A stretch of DNA of 64,000 nt from Candidatus Woesearchaeota archaeon (GTDB lineage: Archaea > Nanobdellota > Nanobdellia > Woesearchaeales > JABGUJ01): NCBI GenBank assembly GCA_018646625.1, contig JABGUJ010000001.1, positions 131,534-195,533 on the forward strand, written 5' to 3'. Numbering within the stretch: the first letter of the stretch is position 1; each line of letters starts with the position of its first letter. Of the stretch, positions 20,466 through 30,136 are shown one piece after another. Both the position numbers and the translations under genes were made by a program. Below the pieces are notes generated by a model, which worked only from the letters and a program-made list of their open reading frames with translations, was not told the origin of the DNA and made no database searches.

Positions 20466-21082
20466 TCTTCTTCACCTCTAACAGGTAATCTGTGCCCAGC
20501 CACATAAGCATGATACATACTCCTAAGATTCGGAGTCTCAACAATCTTACGCGAGAAAAGCACCACCATCTCATCGCTTAACAAACCAGTACCAGAATCT
20601 AAAGCACCTCTTACCTCTGAAACTATGAACGCAAATGCAGAATCAACATTAGGATTTGGATGATTCTCAAAATAAGAAGACTTAGCAAACGCAGATAATG
20701 CAACAGGGTCATAAGCAGCAACCTCAGAATTCTTTAATTCCAAAACACGCCTAGCATACAGAATAGGATCAACATTAGAAAAATCAATAAATTCCCTATA
20801 CCCTTCATTACATCTTGAACATAATGTAAAACATGCTCCATCAGAAAAAGGCAACGAATACAGCGAGGACTTACTGGACTGAGTTAGAAGAGGAACTCCA
20901 GTAAAAGTATGCGTCCAACTCATAGAACCAACAAAGGGCATGACAGTAGCCCCAAGAACATCTTCAGAATTGGAATGATGAGTAGAAACACCAAAATCAG
21001 AACCAGAACTGAAACTCAATTCAACTCCGTGTTGTAACAATAATTCTAAACCTTCCGGCAACCTAGTATTTTCATCAGTCAT
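20462..21082 (-). CDS. hypothetical protein, paralog family 2 (copy a; first gene of operon)
   Basis: LPEGLELLLQHGVEL; YARRVLEL...YDPVALSAFA; LRSMYHAY; RBS GAGGT. Confidence 0.78.
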   Translation of the reverse strand: MTDENTRLPEGLELLLQHGVELSFSSGSDFGVSTHHSNSEDVLGATVMPFVGSMSWTHTFTGVPLLTQSSKSSLYSLPFSDGACFTLCSRCNEGYREFIDFSNVDPILYARRVLELKNSEVAAYDPVALSAFAKSSYFENHPNPNVDSAFAFIVSEVRGALDSGTGLLSDEMVVLFSRKIVETPNLRSMYHAYVAGHRLPVRGEEE

Positions 21083-21223
21083 CTTCTAAACCTCATATAG
21101 TTCGAAAATGACTGTTTTCAGAATTCACATTCCGCGGGTGTTATCAGTCTAAACCAGCTTACTACAAGGTAGTGACAACAAGTATATAACTCTTTCTAAC
21201 AAGAATATGACGGAAATCACAAG

Positions 21224-21258
21224 AAATATGCAAAAAACATATAAATTCTTGCATATTT
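21224..21258. promoter_or_regulatory. inverted repeat flanking the TATA box of an Lrp gene (putative operator)
   Basis: AAATATGCAA (21224-21233) and TTGCATATTT (21249-21258) are perfect 10-bp inverted repeats around CATATAAA. Confidence 0.55.
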
Positions 21259-21267
21259 ATACAACTT

Positions 21268-21726
21268 ATGGCAATAGATGAAAAAGACAGACAAATCTTA
21301 AGAGCCCTAGAACGTGACGCCAAGCTCTCTAGTCAGAAGATTGCAGACTTAACAGGAATCCCAATCACAACAGTACATTACAGAGTCAAGAACCTAAGAA
21401 AAACTGGAGTAATCAAAGGACAAACAATCAAGATAGATTACGAAAAAATAGATAGAGGAATGCTAATTTACGTTACCGTTTTCCTAAACATAGAACGAAT
21501 GAGAGAAAAAAACATAATACAAAAAGACATAGAGAAAGAACTTCTAAAAATAGAAAACATAGAGAAATGCGATCACATAATGTCCACAGGTAGTTTCATG
21601 TTACAAGTAAGAGTAAAAGATCAAAAAGAGTACAGGATTGTACTACAAAGAAAAATTCATGCAGTTAATGGAATAAGAGATACACAATCAGTCATAACTC
21701 TATTAGAAAGTGAAAGAAATTCATAA
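21268..21726 (+). CDS. Lrp/AsnC family transcriptional regulator
   Basis: IDEKDRQILRALERDAK...IADLTGIPITTVHYRVKNL; RAM domain. Confidence 0.93.
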   Translation: MAIDEKDRQILRALERDAKLSSQKIADLTGIPITTVHYRVKNLRKTGVIKGQTIKIDYEKIDRGMLIYVTVFLNIERMREKNIIQKDIEKELLKIENIEKCDHIMSTGSFMLQVRVKDQKEYRIVLQRKIHAVNGIRDTQSVITLLESERNS

Positions 21727-22030
21727 AAAAATTCTACATTGGGCCCCAAGAGTATTATCAATACTCTTTGTTCTATTCATCAGTATGTTCGCTTTCGACA
21801 CACCAGGAATTGGATTTCTAATACACTTAATACCAAGCTTCATCCTAATAGCATTAATCATCTTAGCATGGAAATATGAAATAATAGGCGGAATCTCATT
21901 CATAATCCTAGGAATAATTTTTACAATCTTCTTCAAAACATACAAAGACCCAATCACAATACTACTTATATCCCTACCCCCAATAATAACAGGAATATTG
22001 TTTATTCTAAACAAAAGACTCAAAATTTAA
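21710..22030 (+). CDS. small four-TM membrane protein
   Basis: WAPRVLSILFVLFISMFAFD, FLIHLIP, AWKYEIIGG; GTG start overlapping the Lrp stop. Confidence 0.75.
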   Translation: MKEIHKKILHWAPRVLSILFVLFISMFAFDTPGIGFLIHLIPSFILIALIILAWKYEIIGGISFIILGIIFTIFFKTYKDPITILLISLPPIITGILFILNKRLKI

Positions 22031-22454
22031 ACCCTTCTTTCTTAATCTCATCAACCAAATAATGTATCTTATGATCCTCTAAACTAAACTTCGCACCAAG
22101 ATCCTCTATAAAAGCATCCAACTCTTTAACACTCTTATGTGCAGTCTCAACTACAAAGTTCCAACCATCATTCAACTTAAACACTGAATTAACATTATCA
22201 TGAAAGTACAAATGTTTCTTTAGCTTATCTCGACTATCAACACCAACTTTCAAAAAAACGTGCGCATGTGTATGATACCCCAACTCAGAAAAATTCAACA
22301 ACACAGTGCTCTTAGTTATCACTCCACCCTGCAAATCCTTAAGAAAATCAAAGAGCGTGGAGATGGGTATGTTTGTTGCTTTGCTGATGGTAGTCAGCTT
22401 TTCCCTGGAATTCTCACGCAAGTGCGAAAGTAGTTGAAAAACTTTAGTATTCAT
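22020..22454 (-). CDS. Lrp/AsnC family transcriptional regulator
   Basis: LRENSREKLTTISKATNIPISTLFD HTH; RAM domain; start moved to ATG 22454 after RBS GAGGGG. Confidence 0.88.
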   Translation of the reverse strand: MNTKVFQLLSHLRENSREKLTTISKATNIPISTLFDFLKDLQGGVITKSTVLLNFSELGYHTHAHVFLKVGVDSRDKLKKHLYFHDNVNSVFKLNDGWNFVVETAHKSVKELDAFIEDLGAKFSLEDHKIHYLVDEIKKEGFKF

Positions 22455-22627
22455 TTCCCCTCGCTTAATAGATATAGACAACATCTTTAATAAGGTTGAT
22501 CCAGAAAAAACCGAACCACATCCTACACAATAAGCACATTCTCCGACGAGAACGCAAAAACAAGTACTAACGCCACAAATTCTTCGGGACCAAATTTAGG
22601 TCCTTTATATAGAGAGAAATAAAATAT

Positions 22628-22693
22628 CCGAAAGATTTTCGAACACCCTTCTTTAGTTTAAATAACAACAACCAACGACCGAAACGCTTACGG
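22628..22693. promoter_or_regulatory. two 15-bp semi-palindromic boxes flanking a TATA box (putative Lrp operators of the downstream operon)
   Basis: CCGAAA-GAT-TTTCGA (22628-22642), TTTAAATA (22657-22664), CCGAAA-CGC-TTACGG (22679-22693). Confidence 0.5.
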
Positions 22694-22739
22694 AAATACC
22701 TCGAAAATTCAGATTAAAACAAAACTCTAACAAACATGC

Positions 22740-24071
22740 ATGAACGAACTAATCAGTTTACTGCCACCAGCAATTGCAATAATTCTAGTAATAATTACAA
22801 GAAAAGCACTAATCTCTTTACTCATCGCAACCATTGTAGGGGCAGGACTAGTAATATATGAAAAAGGAGCAACCACCCTATTAACACTCATATTAGAAAT
22901 AGTTACTGAACCCTTCAACTTAAAATTAATACTAGGCCTAGCACTTCTAGGAGCATTCATAGGAATCATAGACGTCGCACTAAAAAAAAAGAACATAGTC
23001 TCAAATATATTAAACAGTAGAAAGAAAGTTTTAATCAAAAGTTGGATCGTAGGAATGCTACTGTTCATTGACGACTACTTCAACATCCTACTAAATGGTG
23101 TGTTGATGAATTCATTTGTCAAAAAATATCACATATCAAGAGAGAAAGTTGCTTTAATAATACACTCTCTCGGTGTATCAAGTTGCGTATTAGTTCCATT
23201 CTCGACTTGGTCAATATTCATCATCAGCCTGCTCAAGAATTCTCAAGTTCCAAACGCGATGGAAGTATTCGTTGGCTCAATACTATACAACTTCTACAGT
23301 CTAAGCCTAGTACTAATCACATTTGCAATCATATTATTCGAGATAAACGTTCTAAAACTAAAAAAAGTAGAAGAAGATGCTTGCGGAGACTACAAACTAG
23401 AACTTAGAGATGACATCGCACTAAAAGACGCACTTTTTCCCCCAGTAATTCTGCTGATAACTGCAATGTTACTAATCATTGCACTCACCAAAGGAACATT
23501 TGAAGGACTAAAAAGCTTAGATGTCACCGCAGTATTAATCACCAGCTCAGTAATTGGAATTGCGTTTGCAATATTCTATTACAGCAAAAAGATAAAAGCC
23601 AAAAAAATAGAATTGCTAAAAGGAACAATGCACGGCGCATCGGGGATGGCCGAAGCAGTGGGAATTCTGTGCCTCGCATGGTGTTTAGGTTCAATAAGTA
23701 TACACCTAGATACTGCAATTGTCATCCAATCAGTTAGTACCCACATCGGTACCGGTTCAATCTATCTACTAGCGTTCCTAATCACTGCAGGATTGTCCTT
23801 CTTAACATCATCTTGGACTGCTTTTGGAATAGTTATTCCAATACTCATACCACTAGCAAATGCAATCTCTGGAAACTTAGCCATCTTAGTTGCAGCCATA
23901 ATCTCAGGAGGAGTATTCGGAGATCACAACTCCCCAATATCTTCTACAACAATAATCACCAAAGCCGCATCTAAAATCAAAATCATGGATCACTTCCACA
24001 CCCAACTACCCTACAGCATGATTGCCTTTCTGATCTCAACATATTTATTTTTCCTAATGGGGAGAGTGTAA
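22740..24071 (+). CDS. NhaC-family (COG1757-type) Na+-coupled transporter, possibly an amino acid importer
   Basis: About 12 TM helices; SLLPPAIAI, FIDDYFN, ISREK, PFSTW, TSSWTAFGI, GGVFGDHNSPIS..T, HFHTQLPY. Confidence 0.88.
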   Translation: MNELISLLPPAIAIILVIITRKALISLLIATIVGAGLVIYEKGATTLLTLILEIVTEPFNLKLILGLALLGAFIGIIDVALKKKNIVSNILNSRKKVLIKSWIVGMLLFIDDYFNILLNGVLMNSFVKKYHISREKVALIIHSLGVSSCVLVPFSTWSIFIISLLKNSQVPNAMEVFVGSILYNFYSLSLVLITFAIILFEINVLKLKKVEEDACGDYKLELRDDIALKDALFPPVILLITAMLLIIALTKGTFEGLKSLDVTAVLITSSVIGIAFAIFYYSKKIKAKKIELLKGTMHGASGMAEAVGILCLAWCLGSISIHLDTAIVIQSVSTHIGTGSIYLLAFLITAGLSFLTSSWTAFGIVIPILIPLANAISGNLAILVAAIISGGVFGDHNSPISSTTIITKAASKIKIMDHFHTQLPYSMIAFLISTYLFFLMGRV

Positions 24072-24073
24072 AA

Positions 24074-24814
24074 ATGAAAATTGAAAGAACAGACGATAAA
24101 AAACTAATAAAATTAACAGAACAACTACAACAACACACACCTAGCCAGAGACTAGAACAAACAATTGAAGCAGGCGGAATAGTAATCGTTGCACACCACC
24201 AACCAGATCCAGACTCAGAAACAAGAGTACTAAGTATTGCAGAACTTTCACCAACAAAAGAAGAAAACGAATTGTATCTCAATCTAATAGCAAGTCATCC
24301 TCAAAATCCTTTTGCCCACACAGGATTTGACGTATTAGCACAGGCAAGAGTCACAGCAATGGCAGAAGGATACACAAAAGTTAGAACTCAATACAACATT
24401 ACCGACCCGCGGCTTGCAAATTTATTCCAAGGAAAGCTAGGATTCAAAGCAGAAGAATTTCTCGACGGATTAGTAAGAGCAACATGGGAAATAACCTCAG
24501 ATAGAGTAGAAGGAAAGATCACTGGAAGATTAAAACAACCAGACATTTCGAAACTAACTCAACAACCACCAGTAATTCCTATCGTCAACTACGATGCAAA
24601 AAACAATTACGCACCAAAAGACCACCCCCAAGATGATCCACCGGTAATCGCCATCGAAGCACCTTGCACAGAAGCAACCACAACACAACAAAGCAACCTT
24701 GCAAAATTATTCTCAACATATTTGCCCAGATACAAAGCACTAGACTTTGTTACGGACTATCAAAAAGGGGTTGAAACACGAACCTGCAGAGGGTTCCACA
24801 TATTAAGTCAATGA
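24074..24814 (+). CDS. GNAT-fold acyltransferase-like protein (COG3375-like)
   Basis: GGIVIVA...LYLNLIAS...GFDVLAQARVTAMAEGY..V..QYNITDPRLANLFQGKLG...VRATWEITSDRV...AIEAP fits the COG3375 pattern; acyl-CoA loop is divergent. Confidence 0.6.
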   Translation: MKIERTDDKKLIKLTEQLQQHTPSQRLEQTIEAGGIVIVAHHQPDPDSETRVLSIAELSPTKEENELYLNLIASHPQNPFAHTGFDVLAQARVTAMAEGYTKVRTQYNITDPRLANLFQGKLGFKAEEFLDGLVRATWEITSDRVEGKITGRLKQPDISKLTQQPPVIPIVNYDAKNNYAPKDHPQDDPPVIAIEAPCTEATTTQQSNLAKLFSTYLPRYKALDFVTDYQKGVETRTCRGFHILSQ

Positions 24815-24827
24815 ACGAGGGACAAAA

Positions 24828-26018
24828 ATGAAGACAGACAAAGTAAAGTTAGTTAGTAACGAACTAGAAGTATGGATTGACGGAATCAGCGCAGAAGACG
24901 CAATAGCTGCAATTAAGAAATTACCTGAACACGGACCAGTTTTTTTCGTAGATCCTGAAGTTAATCTAAGAGATGCTATGGAAATAAATATCTCCAAAGC
25001 TAAAAGTTCCGCAGAATTAAATTCACGAGCACAAGCCGCATTGAGACTGACATCCGATGAAGTAAAACGATTAGGCGGAACCCTATACGCAGGAAGTTAT
25101 GTAGGAAAGTCAACAAAAGGATTAGACTACAGTCCATACAGAACAACAACACTCTCTGTCCCATTAGGACAAGGACTAACTTCCATTGCAGGACACCAAA
25201 TTCTTTTTGGAATGGCAGATACAAAAAGTGCCAGCATCGCTTATGAAACACTAAGACAATTAGGACCTTTAGTTATAGCACTAACTGCGTCGTCACCATT
25301 CAGCGCACATTCTAACGGCGAAACAGTAAACAGTTCACGAATTGCCCACGTATATCCACAAAGTTGTGCCGAACTGCCAGACATAATGCATGGAACACCC
25401 CCAGTACTTGAAGACGTAGAAGATTGGTATGCAGCACACGCTGAAATCAACAAAGAACTTCACAGAAAATTTCGTAACGGAGAACTAACCATAGATGAAA
25501 GATTTCACACCAAAGGATTTGATCAACCTTCACATTTGGCCCCTCACCAAATCTACTGGCACGTAAGACCTAGATTTGATCACGCAACTAACGGAGATGA
25601 TAGCACCATAATGTCATTAGAATATCGAATAGGAGATATGCCAATGAGTGCAAAAAGACTAACTGCACTAAACTCATTCATAATGGGAAGCGTATCTGAA
25701 GCCATACAACAAGGCAAACCGCATTTCTTTGACACACATGTACCAAGAGAAACATTGAAAGGATTAGAATATGCCGCAGCCAAAGACGGATTAGATGCAA
25801 CATATAATGGCGCACCTCTTGCAGAAGTAATAGACTTACATGCAAAAATTGCAGAAAGAGGAATTACTGATGAAAACCACACAGAAATGCATGCAGGAAT
25901 ACAAGATATCTTACAAAACGGAAACGACGCAGCAAGAATGAGAGCTCATTTCGGAGAAGGTCAAATTCCCTCTCACGAACAAATAAGAAAGTACGCTGTT
26001 GAGCAGTTTCAAGGCTAA
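24828..26018 (+). CDS. glutamate-cysteine ligase family 2 (GCS2/YbdK-like) carboxylate-amine ligase
   Basis: NELEV, MEIN, AGHQILFG, ALTASSPF, SSR, IYWHVRPR, LEYRIGD, AAAKDGL, GNDAARMR. Confidence 0.8.
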   Translation: MKTDKVKLVSNELEVWIDGISAEDAIAAIKKLPEHGPVFFVDPEVNLRDAMEINISKAKSSAELNSRAQAALRLTSDEVKRLGGTLYAGSYVGKSTKGLDYSPYRTTTLSVPLGQGLTSIAGHQILFGMADTKSASIAYETLRQLGPLVIALTASSPFSAHSNGETVNSSRIAHVYPQSCAELPDIMHGTPPVLEDVEDWYAAHAEINKELHRKFRNGELTIDERFHTKGFDQPSHLAPHQIYWHVRPRFDHATNGDDSTIMSLEYRIGDMPMSAKRLTALNSFIMGSVSEAIQQGKPHFFDTHVPRETLKGLEYAAAKDGLDATYNGAPLAEVIDLHAKIAERGITDENHTEMHAGIQDILQNGNDAARMRAHFGEGQIPSHEQIRKYAVEQFQG

Positions 26019-26069
26019 AAATATAAAGACGAAAAACATACCAAAGATAAAAATGAAGAGGAGGACAAA

Positions 26070-27344
26070 ATGAATCCTGTAGAACTAACGAAAGAACTAG
26101 TAAGCATAAATTCAGCCAACCCTTTCAAAACAATAAAGGTTGGAGGACAAACGATAGGAATAGGTAATGAGCAAGAAATTGTGAAATATCTTGAAAAAAA
26201 ACTTATCAGTGCAGGATTCTCTGTTAAAAAACAGCTAGTTCAAGAAGAAGAAATAACTGAAGATGAAAGAGGAAGACGCATCGTCATACCACAAAGGTAT
26301 AATCTTCTTGCAGAAAAAGGAATTGGCGACTCTTCACTTCTTTTCTTTGGCCATATCGATACAGTAGATGTAAAAAATGGTTGGAGCTCAGACCCATTTG
26401 AACCAACAATAAAAATTGTTGACGGAAAAGAAAGAATATATGGACTTGGCTCTAACGACATGAAGGGCGGCATTTCCACAATTGTTGCAGCAACAAGCAG
26501 AATCGATCCAAAAGAATACAAAATAAAAGTTGCATTCTTGGCCGACGAAGAATTTTGGTCGTTTGGCGCAGTTGAACTTCTAAAATCTGATTTTTTAGAT
26601 GATGTAAAAGCAGCAATCGTGCCAGAAATAGGCGAATCAGACAGAAGAACCAACAGTCAAGGAATAATTCTTGGAAGAATGGGAAGAACGGAATACCATT
26701 TTTCAATAACAGGTAAAGCAGCTCACGGCGCATTAGCAAGAGAAAGTAAAGATGCAATAAACGCCATTCACGAATCTGTGAAACTGCAAAAAAAGATAAT
26801 AGAATATTGCGAAAAATGCGAAAAAGAATTCTCTCATGGAAACATTCATCTGAAAAACTCCGCATTCATCAACCATCATGACGGAGGAAAAGGAATACTT
26901 TCAATTTCAGAGAACGCATCCTTCAATCTAGATAGATCATTTGTAATGAATGAGAACATGGATGAAGAAATTAATATTCTACGCAACATCGTTAAAGAAT
27001 GCCATCAAGATGAAACATTAAACCCGAACACGAAAGTTGAGATAAGTGAAAGACGTGCTACGCCTGCCGCAAAACCATACTTTGTCTCGCCAGAACATCC
27101 TTTTGTGAAATTCGTAACAAAGAAGGTTATGGATCATTATGGCAACTACGAATACGGCATAGGATACTCGGTTGCAGATGAAAACAGAATCGCAAACCTA
27201 AACATACCAACCATCGTACTCGGACCAATAGGAAGTGATTGTCACAGCCCAGACGAATGGGTTGACGTAGAGAGTTTAAACACTTTAACAAAAACATACA
27301 TCGACATTTGCGAAAGCTTTCCAAGATACCTTGCAGAACAATGA
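26070..27344 (+). CDS. M20 family amidohydrolase (ArgE/DapE-like)
   Basis: GHIDTV, GLGSNDMKGG, ADEE, PE, GKAAHG, CHSPDE metal and catalytic motifs intact. Confidence 0.92.
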   Translation: MNPVELTKELVSINSANPFKTIKVGGQTIGIGNEQEIVKYLEKKLISAGFSVKKQLVQEEEITEDERGRRIVIPQRYNLLAEKGIGDSSLLFFGHIDTVDVKNGWSSDPFEPTIKIVDGKERIYGLGSNDMKGGISTIVAATSRIDPKEYKIKVAFLADEEFWSFGAVELLKSDFLDDVKAAIVPEIGESDRRTNSQGIILGRMGRTEYHFSITGKAAHGALARESKDAINAIHESVKLQKKIIEYCEKCEKEFSHGNIHLKNSAFINHHDGGKGILSISENASFNLDRSFVMNENMDEEINILRNIVKECHQDETLNPNTKVEISERRATPAAKPYFVSPEHPFVKFVTKKVMDHYGNYEYGIGYSVADENRIANLNIPTIVLGPIGSDCHSPDEWVDVESLNTLTKTYIDICESFPRYLAEQ

Positions 27345-28603
27345 TATTAGACCTAACGAAAGAATTTATTGAAGAGAGAAGCACTTCATACCACGAGCTT
27401 TCCTTAGTTGAACGAATTGCAAAACTACTAGATGCGAAAGGAATTCCTGCAAAAGTTGACAGATTTAATCCAAGAGACTACAGCCCAAGTGCCCCGGACA
27501 CCGAAACCGCAAATCTATATGTAGATATAGGAGAAGGTAGCGAAACATTATTCCTTTACGCGCACACAGACGTAGTTGAAGCACCAGATTCATTATTCAC
27601 ACCAACAATTGAACACGGAAAACTAAAAGGAAGAGGAACCGCAGACATGAAAACTGCCTTGGCAGGATTAGTCACAACACTCATACGAGATTACGAACAA
27701 CTCAAACACACAGGAAAACGAATTATATTTGGATTCATAGCAGATGAAGAAACCTCGGCTTCAGGAATCAAACGTTTTGTTGATGTATACAAACCAGAAG
27801 AACTAGAACTTAGATGCGTACTTATGGAGCCAACAAATGATTTCAATCAAATAGATGTGGGTGGAAGAGGATACACCTTCCTCAACTTAAGAGGCAGCAT
27901 GAAAGAGACAATCGCTTCATTCAGAAGAATACTCGAACATAAGCAAGAACTTTTAGCACAATATCCAGATCTAAATGATGGCTTCGGACCAGCAACGTTA
28001 GAAATAACTAAAGTGGCCTGTGACTGGAGTCCACCACTATCAACAACAACAATTGTTGAGGGAAAAGCCTGTCACGCCAGCACACCACACGAAGGAGAAA
28101 ATGCATTAGAAAAAGCAATCTTACTATATCCAAACACCACATACATAGTTACATCAGATACAGAAGGACCCAACTCCTTACCATCATCTGCAAGATTACT
28201 CACACACCCTACAAAACTCTCGGAACACCTTTGTGATGCGAATATCGATATCAGAACCAACTTGGCTGCAAGTCAAAACGATGCATTACTACAAGCAATG
28301 AGAAAACTACTCTCGCCAGGAGTTACTTACCAAATTAGAGATAAAGGATGCGCATTCAAAACCAAAGACCGAGCGTTCATTGATGCATGCAAGAACGCAA
28401 CAGATCAAGAAGTAAGAGAAGTTATTGCACAAGGAGGAAGTGATGCACCGTACCTCTTAGAATTAACTGACAAACTAATCCCGGGATTCGGACCAGGGAA
28501 CTTGGCAGTCTGTCACACAGATAATGAGTTTGTTTCACTAAACGCGTTATATCAAACTCCCGAAGTAGTACGAAGAATAATTCGAAACTTCGAAGCAATC
28601 TAG
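27341..28603 (+). CDS. second M20 family amidohydrolase with rearranged or extended lid domain
   Basis: AHTDVV, GRGTADMK, ADEE, MEPT, GKACHAS.P..G.NA, GGSDA, CHTDNE; start ATG 27341 forms an ATGA overlap. Confidence 0.88.
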   Translation: MILDLTKEFIEERSTSYHELSLVERIAKLLDAKGIPAKVDRFNPRDYSPSAPDTETANLYVDIGEGSETLFLYAHTDVVEAPDSLFTPTIEHGKLKGRGTADMKTALAGLVTTLIRDYEQLKHTGKRIIFGFIADEETSASGIKRFVDVYKPEELELRCVLMEPTNDFNQIDVGGRGYTFLNLRGSMKETIASFRRILEHKQELLAQYPDLNDGFGPATLEITKVACDWSPPLSTTTIVEGKACHASTPHEGENALEKAILLYPNTTYIVTSDTEGPNSLPSSARLLTHPTKLSEHLCDANIDIRTNLAASQNDALLQAMRKLLSPGVTYQIRDKGCAFKTKDRAFIDACKNATDQEVREVIAQGGSDAPYLLELTDKLIPGFGPGNLAVCHTDNEFVSLNALYQTPEVVRRIIRNFEAI

Positions 28604-28654
28604 AATTCAAGATGAAAAAACAAACAATAGCGATAGCTATGCACGGAGGAAAAA

Positions 28655-30136
28655 ATGGCAACAATCGATGGAATTGATCCACTAAGACTAAAAGAAGTTG
28701 AAAGAATCAGAGAACAAGGAGAAAATCCTTATCCATATAGTTACGAAGTTTCAGCAACAACAACCCAAATCCAAGATAAAGGAAAGAAACTAGAACCTGG
28801 AGAATCACTTGAAGATCGAGTTGGCATCGCAGGCAGAGTAATGGCTGTACGAGATATTGGAAAGATCGCATTCCTAGATCTCCAAGATCAACATGGACGA
28901 GTACAACTATGTGTACGAAAAAATCATGTTGGAGCAGAAGCATACAACAGATTAAAGAAAGTCGCAACAGGAGATATAATTGGCGTGGAAGGGAACATTG
29001 CAAGAACACGAAGAGGAGAAGTCAGTGTAGATGTTGACGATCACGCATTATTGGCTAAAGCACTAAGACACCTACCAGAGAAGTTTCACGGATTAAAAGA
29101 TAAAGAAACTCGTTACAGACAAAGAGAATTGGATCTAATTGTCAATCCAGATTCAAAAGCAGTATTTCTAAAAAGATCAAGAGCAATTGCTCTAATGAGA
29201 AATTACTTAGATGCCCAAAGCTTTGTAGAAGTTGAAGTACCAACACTTCAAACAATCTACGGAGGTGCATCAGCAAGACCGTTCACAACACAACTAAACG
29301 CACTGGGCATACCACTATACCTAAGCATCTCACCCGAACTTTATCTAAAGAGACTTATCGTGGGAGGAATCGACAGAAACTACACCATTTGTAAAAACTT
29401 TAGAAACGAAGGCATAGACAAAACCCACAACCCTGAATTTACAATGATGGAATGTTATGCTGCCTTCTGGGACTACAATGATATGATGCGTTTAACTGAA
29501 GAAATGTATGAACATATTTTCCGAGAAGTTAATGGCAAGACCACAGTAACTTATGATAAAAAAGAACTCGACTTTGCAGCCCCATGGGAACGAAGAACCA
29601 TGTACGACGCAATTAAACAAGCAACTGGTGTGGACGTTGCAAACATGGACAGAGATGAAATCATCGCAGCAATAACAGAACACGGTCTAAAAGGTGTCCC
29701 ATATGTCGCAGAAGAAGACACAAGAGGAGAACTAGTCCAAGAAATCTTTGAAGGCAATGTAGAAGATACATTAACTGGACCAATCTTCATCACAGATCAT
29801 CCAAAAGAATCTACGCCGTTATGCAAAGGCCACAGAAAAGATCCTAACTTGATTGAACGCTTTGAACCTTTTGCCGCGGGCATGGAAATTGGAAATGCAT
29901 ATTCTGAATTAAATGATCCAGTACTGCAAAGACAACTCTTTGAAGAACAAGCCGCAAAACTAAGAGATGGAAATGAAGAAGCACACCCAATGGATCATGA
30001 ATTCGTAAGAGCACTAGAATACGGCCTACCACCAACCGGCGGCCTAGGATTAGGAATCGACAGGATGGTAATGTTACTAACAGAACAATACTCCATCAGA
30101 GATGTAATCCTTTACCCATTCATGCGACCAGAATAA
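28655..30136 (+). CDS. lysS: class II lysyl-tRNA synthetase
   Basis: OB-fold anticodon domain; LPEKFHGLKD.ETRYRQRELDL, YGGASARPF, FRNEGIDKTHNPEFTMMECY, EIGNAYSELNDP, GLGLGIDR. Confidence 0.97.
   Translation: MATIDGIDPLRLKEVERIREQGENPYPYSYEVSATTTQIQDKGKKLEPGESLEDRVGIAGRVMAVRDIGKIAFLDLQDQHGRVQLCVRKNHVGAEAYNRLKKVATGDIIGVEGNIARTRRGEVSVDVDDHALLAKALRHLPEKFHGLKDKETRYRQRELDLIVNPDSKAVFLKRSRAIALMRNYLDAQSFVEVEVPTLQTIYGGASARPFTTQLNALGIPLYLSISPELYLKRLIVGGIDRNYTICKNFRNEGIDKTHNPEFTMMECYAAFWDYNDMMRLTEEMYEHIFREVNGKTTVTYDKKELDFAAPWERRTMYDAIKQATGVDVANMDRDEIIAAITEHGLKGVPYVAEEDTRGELVQEIFEGNVEDTLTGPIFITDHPKESTPLCKGHRKDPNLIERFEPFAAGMEIGNAYSELNDPVLQRQLFEEQAAKLRDGNEEAHPMDHEFVRALEYGLPPTGGLGLGIDRMVMLLTEQYSIRDVILYPFMRPE

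Noticed and set aside
15210..21082. Provirus or integrated element interpretation of the ORFan operon
   Set aside because: No integrase, terminase, capsid, tRNA target or flanking direct repeats were seen; kept as an unexplained operon.
28655..30136. EpmA/PoxA or pyrrolysyl-tRNA synthetase identity, or stop-codon recoding
   Set aside because: It has a full anticodon OB domain and canonical LysRS2 motifs. TAG and TGA both terminate conserved genes normally here, and no tRNA gene was found nearby.
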